Below the pieces are notes generated by a model. It worked only from the letters and a program-made list of their open reading frames with translations. It was not told the DNA's origin and ran no database searches. Shown here piece after piece: positions 41,794 through 51,421 of a stretch of DNA of 64,000 nucleotides. The stretch covers positions 498-64,497 of the forward strand of contig JALUUO010000111.1 in the NCBI GenBank assembly GCA_027021335.1, in the 5' to 3' direction. Source of the DNA: Nitrospirota bacterium. GTDB taxonomy: Bacteria > Nitrospirota > Thermodesulfovibrionia > SZUA-242. Positions within the stretch are counted from its first letter, which is position 1, and the number at the start of each line of letters is the position of its first letter. The translations under genes and the position numbers were made by a program.

Positions 41794-42290
41794 AACAGGG
41801 GAGGGCAGGACAAAACGGCTTCACACTTGTCGAGGTTCTTGTGGCGCTTGTAGTGCTGATATCCGGTATGCTTGGAGTAATGGGCATGCAGTACATGTCT
41901 GTGCAGGGAAACGCTACAAGCAGAAATATGAGGGTTGCCACAAATCTTGGACAAATGCAGATGGAGATGTTACAGGCAACGCCATTTAATAATCTCGCGC
42001 AAGGCAATGACTCTCCTGTGCTGGACAATTCGACATCCGGAGGTGTTGTGTTTCAAAGAATATGGTGGGTGCAGCCAAACTGTTCTGTTCTTGCATTAGG
42101 CATAAATGATGCAAATGACAACCCCGCTGATCCATGCAACCCTGCTCTTTTAGGCACGGATATCTGTGTCGTGGATCCCGACCCCGCTGCTGCAGCGCCG
42201 GTTTCGGCCATTCGTGTAAGAACCTGCTGGACCGACCGCTTCGGCAACGCTCACTCGGTAACCTTTAACGATGCCAAGAACAATCTTTAG
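41790..42290 (+). CDS. pilV: Type IV pilus minor pilin PilV
   Basis: MKQGRAGQNG|FTLVEVLVALVVLISGMLGV is the canonical PilV N-terminus. Strong GGAGGTAAG RBS. The start overlaps the stop of the preceding gene. Confidence 0.8.
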   Translation: MKQGRAGQNGFTLVEVLVALVVLISGMLGVMGMQYMSVQGNATSRNMRVATNLGQMQMEMLQATPFNNLAQGNDSPVLDNSTSGGVVFQRIWWVQPNCSVLALGINDANDNPADPCNPALLGTDICVVDPDPAAAAPVSAIRVRTCWTDRFGNAHSVTFNDAKNNL

Positions 42291-42312
42291 ACTCTGCGAG
42301 GTGGAATATATA

Positions 42313-43320
42313 ATGCGTTATAACAGAAACAATCTTGGTTATACGCTGGTGGAATTAATGGTTGCCACAGTGGTTGGAATGGTGCTGATAGCCGGAGCTA
42401 CAGCCACTTTTATCGTGCAAAACCGCTCTTATATAAGTACGGAGAGTGTCTCGGAGCTTAATTCTCAGTCGAAAACAGCCCTTAATATCATAACGGATGA
42501 TATCAGAAACGCCGGTGCCGGGACACCGTTTAACCTTTCTACAAATCCTATAAACGGACATACATCCGTTATAGAGTTTACTGACGGGGGCAATGTCGCA
42601 CCGGACTCCATTACGGTAGTAGGTGGATTCCGGGAAATAGGTAATATTACGGTTGACCCAAATACTCCGCTACAAATAGTTAACGGCAATAATATATGGA
42701 TTGCAAATGCTGCAGATCGTATAGACATAGACGACAGGAGCAACATAAACATTGACGGAACATTTTTTAGCAGAATTGTCAACTGCAACAATACAGGTGG
42801 CGTATGCACAAGTCCCGATGATTTCACGGGTGTCCTCCTAAGCCTGCCGCCCGGAGAGCTGGTCGTAAACCGGCCGGTATATCTTGTAGAAGATGTAACC
42901 TACTGCCTAAACGGCACAAATCTGTTCAGGATCAGAAGAAATGCCAATGTAGTGATCTGTACCGGTGGAGCTCAGTCTGACACGGAGCTTATAGCCCAGA
43001 ACATAGCAGATCTTCAGTTTGCTTACGCTGTTGATAATGACAATAATAGCCGTGTGGATATTGAAAAGGGCGACCCTAATATTCTCGACGATGCTGATTT
43101 CATTAATGACGGTGCTGAACTAGCAGCGCTGCAGCTAAACCCTGATACTATAAGGGCGGTAAGAGTAAGCATACTAGGCATATCAAACAGGGCAGACCCT
43201 GACATTACCACAGGAAACCCTCCAGCTATCATAGAAAACCGAGTGCATGCGGCTACCAACGACGGCTTTAAAAGACGGCTGTGGCAGACGGTTGTAATCA
43301 TGCGAAACATGCAGGAGTAA
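42313..43320 (+). CDS. pilW: Type IV pilus assembly protein PilW (minor pilin)
   Basis: MRYNRNNLG|YTLVELMVATVVGMVLIAGATATF prepilin N-terminus, ~335 aa. GAGGTGG RBS. Confidence 0.8.
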   Translation: MRYNRNNLGYTLVELMVATVVGMVLIAGATATFIVQNRSYISTESVSELNSQSKTALNIITDDIRNAGAGTPFNLSTNPINGHTSVIEFTDGGNVAPDSITVVGGFREIGNITVDPNTPLQIVNGNNIWIANAADRIDIDDRSNINIDGTFFSRIVNCNNTGGVCTSPDDFTGVLLSLPPGELVVNRPVYLVEDVTYCLNGTNLFRIRRNANVVICTGGAQSDTELIAQNIADLQFAYAVDNDNNSRVDIEKGDPNILDDADFINDGAELAALQLNPDTIRAVRVSILGISNRADPDITTGNPPAIIENRVHAATNDGFKRRLWQTVVIMRNMQE

Positions 43321-43334
43321 AGAGGAGGAATCTT

Positions 43335-43886
43335 ATGTTTACACAAAATAAAAATAGCATACAAAGTATAAAAAACGAACGCGGCTTTGTTCTCGTGGTG
43401 GCTCTTGTCCTACTGCTTGTCCTTTCGATAATCGGTGTGATGGGTATTACATCCAGCACGGTGGAAAACATTATGGTAGGCAATACAAGGCTCAGATCTA
43501 CTCACTTTTTCGAGGCAGACAGCGGAGTTCAGATAGCTATGCCTATGGTGAATCAGGTGATGGGAGATAAAAACAATGATGGATTTGCGGGTCTGATTCC
43601 TGACTTTAACATCAACGCCTTTGTTCAGGAGTTAACACTTCAGCCCTTTGCTCCGGATTGCAGAGACGATTTCAAGTTTGAGGGCAACGACGGGCTTGTA
43701 AGCGTGGACATCGACAGGATGTATAGAAGAAGGGCTGCCGGTTGTTCTATCGAATTCGCCAGTGAGGCGGATATCGCAGGCAGATGCACCAACGTGTTTT
43801 ACAGGATAAATTCTACAAGCGCCAGCGCAGAAACAGGGGCCAAGGCAACGGTAGGCACGGTTTACCGCTACGTTCCGACCAGATAG
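43335..43886 (+). CDS. pilX: Type IV pilus assembly protein PilX (minor pilin)
   Basis: MFTQNKNSIQSIKNERGFVLVVALVLLLVLSIIGV has a PilX N-terminal domain. AGGAGG RBS before the ATG at 43335. Confidence 0.75.
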   Translation: MFTQNKNSIQSIKNERGFVLVVALVLLLVLSIIGVMGITSSTVENIMVGNTRLRSTHFFEADSGVQIAMPMVNQVMGDKNNDGFAGLIPDFNINAFVQELTLQPFAPDCRDDFKFEGNDGLVSVDIDRMYRRRAAGCSIEFASEADIAGRCTNVFYRINSTSASAETGAKATVGTVYRYVPTR

Positions 43887-43918
43887 CTTTTATAAATACA
43901 AAGAGGAGATAAACAGTT

Positions 43919-44221
43919 ATGAAGATAAAGACACTAAGAATATTTCTTTCGATATTATTTATCCTTGGAACAGCCGTGTATGCCTTTCCTGAATCCCTGG
44001 GTTCCCCTGAATGGAAAGTAGGAACAATTACCGATGTAAACAGAAACTCAATAGAAATTGACGGCAAGCTCTTCATTGTAAGCGCATTAGTCGAGATCAA
44101 AACCGTCAGAGGCGAAAAACTGGGCTCCGGCCTAGAGCTTCTCACAGGAGTTGAAAGTATCTTCTTTAAAGAAAAAGATGACAAAATCGTTGAAATTCGA
44201 ATATTTAAAAGCGCTCAATAA
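43919..44221 (+). CDS. Small secreted protein (signal peptide plus ~75 aa), unknown function, between pilX and pilY1
   Basis: Strong AAGAGGAG RBS and a signal peptide MKIKTLRIFLSILFILGTAVYA. No recognisable motif. Confidence 0.5.
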   Translation: MKIKTLRIFLSILFILGTAVYAFPESLGSPEWKVGTITDVNRNSIEIDGKLFIVSALVEIKTVRGEKLGSGLELLTGVESIFFKEKDDKIVEIRIFKSAQ

Positions 44222-44232
44222 GAGGTGACGTT

Positions 44233-47200
44233 ATGAAAGCAACTATAAATAAGACGGTTCTCAAAAGTATCTGCTTACTGATTATTGTCTGCCTGAGTGC
44301 CTTTATGCTTGCTACTGATGCCACGGCAATGGGCGGCGGCGGTGGCGGCGGCGGTGGCGGCGGCATGACCAGTCCTGCCGTCATTAATCCTTCCGGCGGC
44401 GCCCTTCCAGGCGGAGAGACAGGCACACTCTACAGCACTACGATAACTGCAAGCGGATGTGACGCAAACTACCGCTGGACCTTGACAAGCGGCAACCTGC
44501 CGCAGGGCTTATCGTTTTCCGATTTTTTCAGTCAGACCATTACGATTTCCGGAATGCCTGAACTGGTTGAAACCGCGGGATTCACCCTAGAGGTGGTGGG
44601 CGACGGATGCACCAGCACCGCAGCAACATTCACACTTAACGTAGTGCAGGGCAACAATCCGGTTATCACTACCCAAGGCCTTTTATACGGGCTTGTGGGC
44701 ACTGCCTATAGCGATACTATAACAGGAAGCTTAGGCACCACCGACTACGGCTGGAGCGTGGTTGCAGGCAGCCTGCCGGCCGGCTTGGCCCTGGATTACG
44801 ATGACGCTGTTCCGCGCGTTGCAACCACTCCGTCTGTAAATTTATCCGGAACCCCGACAGTCGCCGGACTTTACACTTTTACCGTGATGGTCACAGACAG
44901 CCTGGGCAAAACCGGTTCTAAGGATTTTACAATAGATATTCAAAACGATATTCAGATCATAACATCCTCCCCTCTTCCGGATGGAATGGAAGGAGTGCCA
45001 TACTCTCTTACTTTGCAAGGAATCGGAGGCAACAGTTCATTTTATCTATGGAATATCGTCGATTTGGGCAGCGATCCCTCTCTTCTTCCAGGCTTGGGCA
45101 TAAACGAGACAACCGGTGAACTATCGGGAATACCGACCCAGGAAGGAGACTATATTTTTACCGTTGTGCTTGAGGACACTTCTAACGGTTTTGCAGTAAC
45201 AAGGGATTTTACCCTTAAAGTCTACCCTAACGATCTCGCTTTTGATACTACCGTAATTCCGCCCGATGGTGTAGCCTGTACGACTTACACTGCAAATTTA
45301 GCAGGAACAGGTGGCACCCAGCCTTATAACTGGAGCCTGACAGCCGGCCTGCTGCCTCCGGGCCTGACACTGGCTGCCAACGGAACTCCATCCACAGTTA
45401 TATCAGGAACGCCTAGAGAGGCCGGTCTATTTGCTTTTACCGTATCCCTTACAGACAATGCCGGTGTTAACAGGCAAAGAACCTTTTCGATCTCAATAAC
45501 CGGTGATCCAAGCCCGTGCAGTGTTAATCTTGATTACAATACGGCATATCCACCGTTCATCTCGACGGCTGTAACCCCTAATGTTCTTCTTATACTGGAT
45601 AACTCCGGAAGTATGTATGAATTTGCCTATAAGGACCCTGGAACATCAAATGACAGGTCAACCCGGGATGTCAGTTACACGGCAGGCGTGCCCTATTACG
45701 GTTATTTCGAGTGCGACAAGGACGGTTTGATCACGTATACCTACAATGCCGCAGAAGGCTATTTCGAGCAGACTAACGTGGCCCTTCCGGCTGCTGACAG
45801 CTTTAACGGCTGTTTTCTCAACTGGCTTACAATGAGAAGAGTGGATATTGCAAGAAAAGTTCTAACAGGAGGTAAATACGACAGCGCCAATGGTTTACTG
45901 GTCGCTGCGGAAAGACCGAACAGAAACAGGTGGAAGGGCTACGACACCCAGACTTACAGGGTATATTATGATACAACAATAAGCAATTATGAACTGATAC
46001 GTGTCTGTACTGACGGAAGCAGCGGCAATTGCGATACCGGAGACGGCACATTTTATAACGTCAGGGTTAAAGTCAACAGCGAACCAAAAGGCATAATACA
46101 GGAAACTTACTCCCTTGTAAGGTGGGGCCTTATGTTTTTTAATACCTATGAGGGTGGATATCTAGATGTACCTTTGGATGGAGGGCCGCCGACAGAGCCT
46201 CCTCTTCCTCCAATCGATCCTGACCACTTAAACACCCTTGTTGAAGCTATACGAACCACGAACCCGACCACATGGACACCACTGGCCGAAACGCTTTACG
46301 AAGCCACAAGATATTACCAGCGTGAGGTCTCTGCCTATAACGGCGGCGTGGATTATTCCACATACCCTGATCCCATGCAGTTCGACTGCCAGAAGAACTT
46401 TGTGCTTCTGCTTACGGACGGTGAATCAAGCAAGGACGAAAATCTTCCTAACTCATGCCTGGGCGGCTCAGTCACCGACACAAATTTCGATATTCAGGAA
46501 TACATGACCAGAATCGCGGATAACGAGGGACCCTCACTTGATAACGGACTGGGCATAGGCATAACCTGGGGTGACCAGGCTTGTCAAAACGCCAACAGCA
46601 TTGACGGCACGTTTTATCTCGAAGGCGTGGCATACTATGCCAACACAAACGATATGAGACCCGATCTAGCCGGTGATCAGTTCGTTAAAACCTATACCGT
46701 TTTTGCATTCGACGAATCCCCTATCGGAGCCGGAATTCTGCAAACAGCCGCCAAGTATGGAGCTTTCAAGGATTCAAACGATAACTTACCTTATCCTATC
46801 CCTGATGTAGCAGATGAGTGGGATAAGGATGCCGATGGAATCGCGGACAGATTTTTTAAGGCTTCCGAAGGTGGATCTCTTGCCGGTAAAATCAAAATGG
46901 CCCTATTTGATATTCTTCAGAAGAAGTCCTCAGGAACATCAGCTGCCGTGCTTGCAACCACATCAAAGGGAGAAAGTGCTGCATACCAGGCCTATTTTCA
47001 ACCAACCATAATGACTGCCGAAGGAACTGCTGACTGGATAGGCGGCGTGTATGGATTGTTTCTTGATAAATACGGCAATACGCGTGAGGATGACCGTGGC
47101 GACGCGAGACTTTGCTATGATGTTAATAGTCCGCCTGGCTGCACCGCACCTAACAAAATAATTCAGATGTACTACGACAATGTTGATAATAAAACTTATG

Positions 47201-49410
47201 CCAAACGGTATCCAGGCACTGTGGTGCGTAACGGTATGGGTAACGGCATGCCTACTAGTCTTCCTGACGGAACACCTACCGGTATCCCCGAGGAAAAGAT
47301 ACCGATTGATGACGTAAAAAACCTATGGAACGGCGGCAACACGCTTTGGGCAAAAAATGCCGACACAAGAAAGATATTTACGACACTGAACGGTTACGAG
47401 TTTGTCTCAGCAGAGCTGCCCAATATCGACCCTGCTACAGGCAGCACATTTTATGATGGAAATGCAGCCGAGCTGCAAGTTAAACTCGGCGCCGGAGATG
47501 CAGCCGGATCCGCCGACATAATAAACTATATAAGAGGGGTTGATATACCGGGAAACAGGCCCCGGACAATCGGAATTGACATAACCGGCGACGGCGACTT
47601 TGACGATCCAGGAGAAATTAATGTCTGGAAGCTTGGAGACATCGTGTATTCGACTCCTGTTGTTGTGACCAGGCCTAGGGAAAACTATGATTTTCTGTAT
47701 AAGGATGCCTCTTACTTCTTCTATCTGAACAAATATTTCAGTAGAAGACATGTGGTTTATGCAGGCGCAAATGACGGAATGCTTCATGCTTTTAACGCCG
47801 GCTTCTACGATGCAAGAAATCTCAGGTACTGCAAGGGAGGCGACACTGACGCCGACAGGATAATCAGTGACACGGAATGCGCAGGCTCTGGCGAGCCTGG
47901 TCTTGGCGAAGAGCTATGGGGTTTTGTGCCGCGCGGAGTTCTGCCGACCCTTAAGCTGCTTATGAACGTAGACTACACTCATGTCTACTATGTGGACTTG
48001 AAGCCTAAAACAACCGATGTGAAAATTTTCGACTGCAACAATCCACCGGACGTTCATGTAGGAGATACTTCTGATTCAGTCTGCTGGGGAACCATCCTGA
48101 TCGGCGGATTAAGATACGGCGGAAAGGCTAATCCCGAGTACTTTGCCTTGGATATAACCGATCCGCAAAATCCCAGACTGCTCTGGACGTTTTCCGATCC
48201 TGGTATGGGCTTCAGTATGTCGCGTCCGGCAATAGCCAAGACATGTGACAACGGCGGCACTTGCAAGTGGTTTGCGATATTTGGGTCCGGAGCGACAGAC
48301 TACACACCGGACTCTGATCTTACCGGATTTTCGGCTGCAAACGGCCAAATCTATGTGCTGGATCTCTCATCAGGGGTAAATGGGGTTATAAGCAACTGGA
48401 CCGAAAACACTAATTTCTGGAAAAAAGATACTGGAAAACCGGCAACATTTATGTCCGACCCTATAACTGTTGACGGGTGGCTTGATTATGCTGTCGATGT
48501 AACCTACATCGCGGAGAATTACCAAACAGGAGGTGCATGGAGCACAAGGATCCTGAAGCTCACAACAAACCGGGGAACCCTTATCGATCCATCACTCTGG
48601 ACGCTTTCATCGCTTGCTGATGTAGCTTCCATCGATACCGGCAACCTGGATAAGATCAGAAGGATAACATCAGCGCCATCCATCTCTATGGATGAACAAG
48701 AAAATATGTGGGTCTTTTTCGGAACAGGACAGTTCCTGGGCTTACAAGATAAAAACCGTACAGACACAGGAGCCTTTTATGCTGTAAAAGATAAGAGAAA
48801 CTGCTGGGACAACAACAGCTGTCCCGAGGTGACTAACCTGTATAATGTATCCAGCGACGTTATATGCCCCGAAAAAGAGCCGGGAAGCTGTACGGCCACA
48901 ACAAGCCTGGGAAATCTGGAGCTTGATATTGAGCAAAATTACGATGGGTGGGTAATGTACTTTGAGAACCTTCTTGAAACAGTGGACTTTACAGGTGCGA
49001 CCCTTCTTCATACCGGAGAAAGAGTGCTGTCTAAGCCGCTGGTTCTTGGAGGCATTGTGACATGGACGACGTTTATACCTGGTGACGAAAAGTGTAACCC
49101 TGAAGGCGAAAGTAACATATATTCGGTCTACTATAAAACAGGTTCGTCATATAAAGATTACGTTTTCAATGCACAGGCATATAAAACCAAACAAAATAAC
49201 ACACCCGAGGCTGTTGCCAGGGTAAAAAGACTCGGCCCTGGAATGGCTTCATCTCCCAGTGTGCAGGTAACAGCAAAAGGCGCTGCAAATATAACAATAA
49301 CCGATCCAAACGGACAGCTTCTGCAGTTAAGAACTACACCGGCTTTTAGAGTTGGCGACACTCCTGTTACCTCGATAAACAAAGAAATTTATGACCCGGA
49401 TTGCAACTGA
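44233..49410 (+). CDS. pilY1: PilY1-like type IV pilus tip adhesin, 1725 aa, with N-terminal He_PIG/cadherin-like repeats, a vWA-like domain and a C-terminal PilY1 beta-propeller
   Basis: Signal peptide then a Gly11 tract; 4-5 'putative Ig' repeats (…Y..T..A.GG.....W.L..G.LP.GL.L…GT…G.Y.FTV…D); a vWA MIDAS (LLILDNSGSM); the PilY1 signature VYAGANDGMLHAFNAG and a Ca-binding-like loop DITGDGDFDDPGE. Its position after pilVWX is consistent. Confidence 0.8.
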   Translation: MKATINKTVLKSICLLIIVCLSAFMLATDATAMGGGGGGGGGGGMTSPAVINPSGGALPGGETGTLYSTTITASGCDANYRWTLTSGNLPQGLSFSDFFSQTITISGMPELVETAGFTLEVVGDGCTSTAATFTLNVVQGNNPVITTQGLLYGLVGTAYSDTITGSLGTTDYGWSVVAGSLPAGLALDYDDAVPRVATTPSVNLSGTPTVAGLYTFTVMVTDSLGKTGSKDFTIDIQNDIQIITSSPLPDGMEGVPYSLTLQGIGGNSSFYLWNIVDLGSDPSLLPGLGINETTGELSGIPTQEGDYIFTVVLEDTSNGFAVTRDFTLKVYPNDLAFDTTVIPPDGVACTTYTANLAGTGGTQPYNWSLTAGLLPPGLTLAANGTPSTVISGTPREAGLFAFTVSLTDNAGVNRQRTFSISITGDPSPCSVNLDYNTAYPPFISTAVTPNVLLILDNSGSMYEFAYKDPGTSNDRSTRDVSYTAGVPYYGYFECDKDGLITYTYNAAEGYFEQTNVALPAADSFNGCFLNWLTMRRVDIARKVLTGGKYDSANGLLVAAERPNRNRWKGYDTQTYRVYYDTTISNYELIRVCTDGSSGNCDTGDGTFYNVRVKVNSEPKGIIQETYSLVRWGLMFFNTYEGGYLDVPLDGGPPTEPPLPPIDPDHLNTLVEAIRTTNPTTWTPLAETLYEATRYYQREVSAYNGGVDYSTYPDPMQFDCQKNFVLLLTDGESSKDENLPNSCLGGSVTDTNFDIQEYMTRIADNEGPSLDNGLGIGITWGDQACQNANSIDGTFYLEGVAYYANTNDMRPDLAGDQFVKTYTVFAFDESPIGAGILQTAAKYGAFKDSNDNLPYPIPDVADEWDKDADGIADRFFKASEGGSLAGKIKMALFDILQKKSSGTSAAVLATTSKGESAAYQAYFQPTIMTAEGTADWIGGVYGLFLDKYGNTREDDRGDARLCYDVNSPPGCTAPNKIIQMYYDNVDNKTYAKRYPGTVVRNGMGNGMPTSLPDGTPTGIPEEKIPIDDVKNLWNGGNTLWAKNADTRKIFTTLNGYEFVSAELPNIDPATGSTFYDGNAAELQVKLGAGDAAGSADIINYIRGVDIPGNRPRTIGIDITGDGDFDDPGEINVWKLGDIVYSTPVVVTRPRENYDFLYKDASYFFYLNKYFSRRHVVYAGANDGMLHAFNAGFYDARNLRYCKGGDTDADRIISDTECAGSGEPGLGEELWGFVPRGVLPTLKLLMNVDYTHVYYVDLKPKTTDVKIFDCNNPPDVHVGDTSDSVCWGTILIGGLRYGGKANPEYFALDITDPQNPRLLWTFSDPGMGFSMSRPAIAKTCDNGGTCKWFAIFGSGATDYTPDSDLTGFSAANGQIYVLDLSSGVNGVISNWTENTNFWKKDTGKPATFMSDPITVDGWLDYAVDVTYIAENYQTGGAWSTRILKLTTNRGTLIDPSLWTLSSLADVASIDTGNLDKIRRITSAPSISMDEQENMWVFFGTGQFLGLQDKNRTDTGAFYAVKDKRNCWDNNSCPEVTNLYNVSSDVICPEKEPGSCTATTSLGNLELDIEQNYDGWVMYFENLLETVDFTGATLLHTGERVLSKPLVLGGIVTWTTFIPGDEKCNPEGESNIYSVYYKTGSSYKDYVFNAQAYKTKQNNTPEAVARVKRLGPGMASSPSVQVTAKGAANITITDPNGQLLQLRTTPAFRVGDTPVTSINKEIYDPDCN

Positions 49411-50398
49411 TAATTCTGTGATGACAAAGACGAAAACCGTTTACCTTCCAGTTTTGCGTATCCAGAGAGCCGCACTTGCTGCGGCCTTCTGGATGCTTGT
49501 TTTGGCACTTGCGGTTGGATGCAACAGCAATATCGATGAAGTTCCTGTCGAGACCGGCAAGAACCAACCAGGCAGTTATACTGCAACGGATGACATTTCT
49601 CAGGCAGGCGGAAATTCATCTTCTTTGTTCGATGTGAGCATCGGGCCTCCAAATGCCACAAAAGCGAGTATTATCCAATTGGATGCCGATCGATCAAAGC
49701 TTTACGGCGGAAATGTGAACTGGTATGTTAATGGCCTGCTGGTAGAGCATAACGGAGGAACTCGTTTATCGTACAAAGACATTTCCAGGGGCGATGTGAT
49801 AAAAGCGGTTATTGTCAAAGACGATGGAGAGGAAATATCGTCGAACGAGTTAGTTATTAAAAACTCTCCGCCGACTATTCAACAGGCCGAGGTGCAGCCG
49901 AAGTTCCCGATGGTCGGCAACACTCCAAAGGTTAAGGTTTGGGGCAGTGATATTGACGGGGATAAGGTTACTTTTGAATACCAGTGGTATGTAAACGGAA
50001 AACCTGACGGCAGGTGGAGTGTTCTTGAGGCGGAGTTCAAAAAGAGCGATAAAATCAAGGTTAAAATAACCCCTCATGACGGACTGGAGTATGGAAAAAG
50101 TGTAACCCTCACACCGATTATTACAAACGCCCCGCCTGTTATAAATACACACCGGGGAAGATACGACGGAAGTGTATATAGAAGTCAGCTTATGGCTGAT
50201 GACCCAGACAATGATACTCTGTTTTTCGAGCTGATTGAGGCGCCAGAAGGCATGAAAATAGATTCAGGCTCCGGCCTGATAACCTGGCGGGTTATATTAG
50301 AGGCGGAAAAAACTTATCCAATTAAAGCGCGCGTCTCTGACGGAAACGGCGGCAGCAGTGTTTACGCTTTTAAGCTGACAACACACCTGGAAAAATAA
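49391..50398 (+). CDS. Lipoprotein with internal WYVNG repeats and a C-terminal cadherin-like/He_PIG domain, immediately after pilY1
   Basis: Lipobox LALAVGCNSN. Duplicated module (NVNWYVNGLLVEHNGG.../FEYQWYVNGKPDGRW...). C-terminal PPVINT...DPDNDTLFFELIEAPEGMKIDSGSGLITWR. Overlaps the pilY1 end by 20 nt; start at 49391 or 49421. Confidence 0.5.
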   Translation: MTRIATDNSVMTKTKTVYLPVLRIQRAALAAAFWMLVLALAVGCNSNIDEVPVETGKNQPGSYTATDDISQAGGNSSSLFDVSIGPPNATKASIIQLDADRSKLYGGNVNWYVNGLLVEHNGGTRLSYKDISRGDVIKAVIVKDDGEEISSNELVIKNSPPTIQQAEVQPKFPMVGNTPKVKVWGSDIDGDKVTFEYQWYVNGKPDGRWSVLEAEFKKSDKIKVKITPHDGLEYGKSVTLTPIITNAPPVINTHRGRYDGSVYRSQLMADDPDNDTLFFELIEAPEGMKIDSGSGLITWRVILEAEKTYPIKARVSDGNGGSSVYAFKLTTHLEK

Positions 50399-50453
50399 GA
50401 CGTAGAATAAAAGCGTAACAGTTACCGCCAAGACAGAAAAAACCCGGAGTTTA

Positions 50454-51275
50454 ATGGATCCCACCTTTATCTGTATAGGCACGTACCGTGCCGGCACTAC
50501 CTGGCTATACAATGTGCTTAAAGAGCATAGTGATATTTTTCTTCCTGATGAAAAAGAGCTGATGTTCTTCAGCCATCACTATGAAAAAGGTATCCAATGG
50601 TATAAGAAGTTCTTTGAAGGCGCCTGCGGCAGCAAGTGCTCCGGAGACATATCACCCACCTATCTTAGTTCTCCTGAAGCGCCCGAACGTATTTACAGGC
50701 ATTTCCCGAATGTTAAGCTCATCCTTTCATTACGCAACCCTCCTGACCAGGTATACTCGTTATATAAACTATGGCTTGCAAGAAATTACACGGATAAAGA
50801 CATAAACAAAGTTATAGAGGAAGAGGATGAGTTTCTTAACAACATTCTCTACTGGAAACATCTCTCAAAATACCTGGAGTTTTTTGACCGAGAAAAGATA
50901 TTAGTCTTATTTTTTGAAGATCTTGGTAAAGACCCTAAGGCATATCTCGGCCAGGTCTACAGGTTTCTGGGCGTTGAGGAGAATTACCCTGAAAGTATTT
51001 ATGAAAGACGCAATCAGTACAGGGCGCCACGCAGCATGATAATCGAGAATATTATTACAGGTACGGGTGATATGCTGCGCCGTATGCGGATGCTTGGATT
51101 GAAATCTTTTTTAAACAAGCTCGGTATCAGCGAAAAAATAAAAAAAATTAATACAGCAAGTCAGCAGAAAGGTGAAATACCGATAGAGGTTCGTAAACGT
51201 ATTAATGAGTACGTAAAGCAGGACAAAAGCGGTCTTGAAAAATTCACAGGCAGGGATCTGTCCTTCTGGTATTGA
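50454..51275 (+). CDS. Sulfotransferase-family protein (PAPS-dependent)
   Basis: 5'-PSB-like motif IGTYRAGTTWLYNVL near the N-terminus and a 3'-PB-like RNP region (LSLRNPPDQVYSLY); ~270 aa, cytoplasmic. Confidence 0.65.
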   Translation: MDPTFICIGTYRAGTTWLYNVLKEHSDIFLPDEKELMFFSHHYEKGIQWYKKFFEGACGSKCSGDISPTYLSSPEAPERIYRHFPNVKLILSLRNPPDQVYSLYKLWLARNYTDKDINKVIEEEDEFLNNILYWKHLSKYLEFFDREKILVLFFEDLGKDPKAYLGQVYRFLGVEENYPESIYERRNQYRAPRSMIIENIITGTGDMLRRMRMLGLKSFLNKLGISEKIKKINTASQQKGEIPIEVRKRINEYVKQDKSGLEKFTGRDLSFWY

Positions 51276-51421
51276 GTGTTTTTTAAAAGTTCACTCAACC
51301 TCTTAAACCCCATCACCGCTGCAAAAATAGTTGCAGTCCACAGCAGGTCTGTATTAAGCTTATCTTGTGATTAATAACGTTATTTTAAAAACCCTTTTGG
51401 TTCTATCTGAAATTTTCCACA

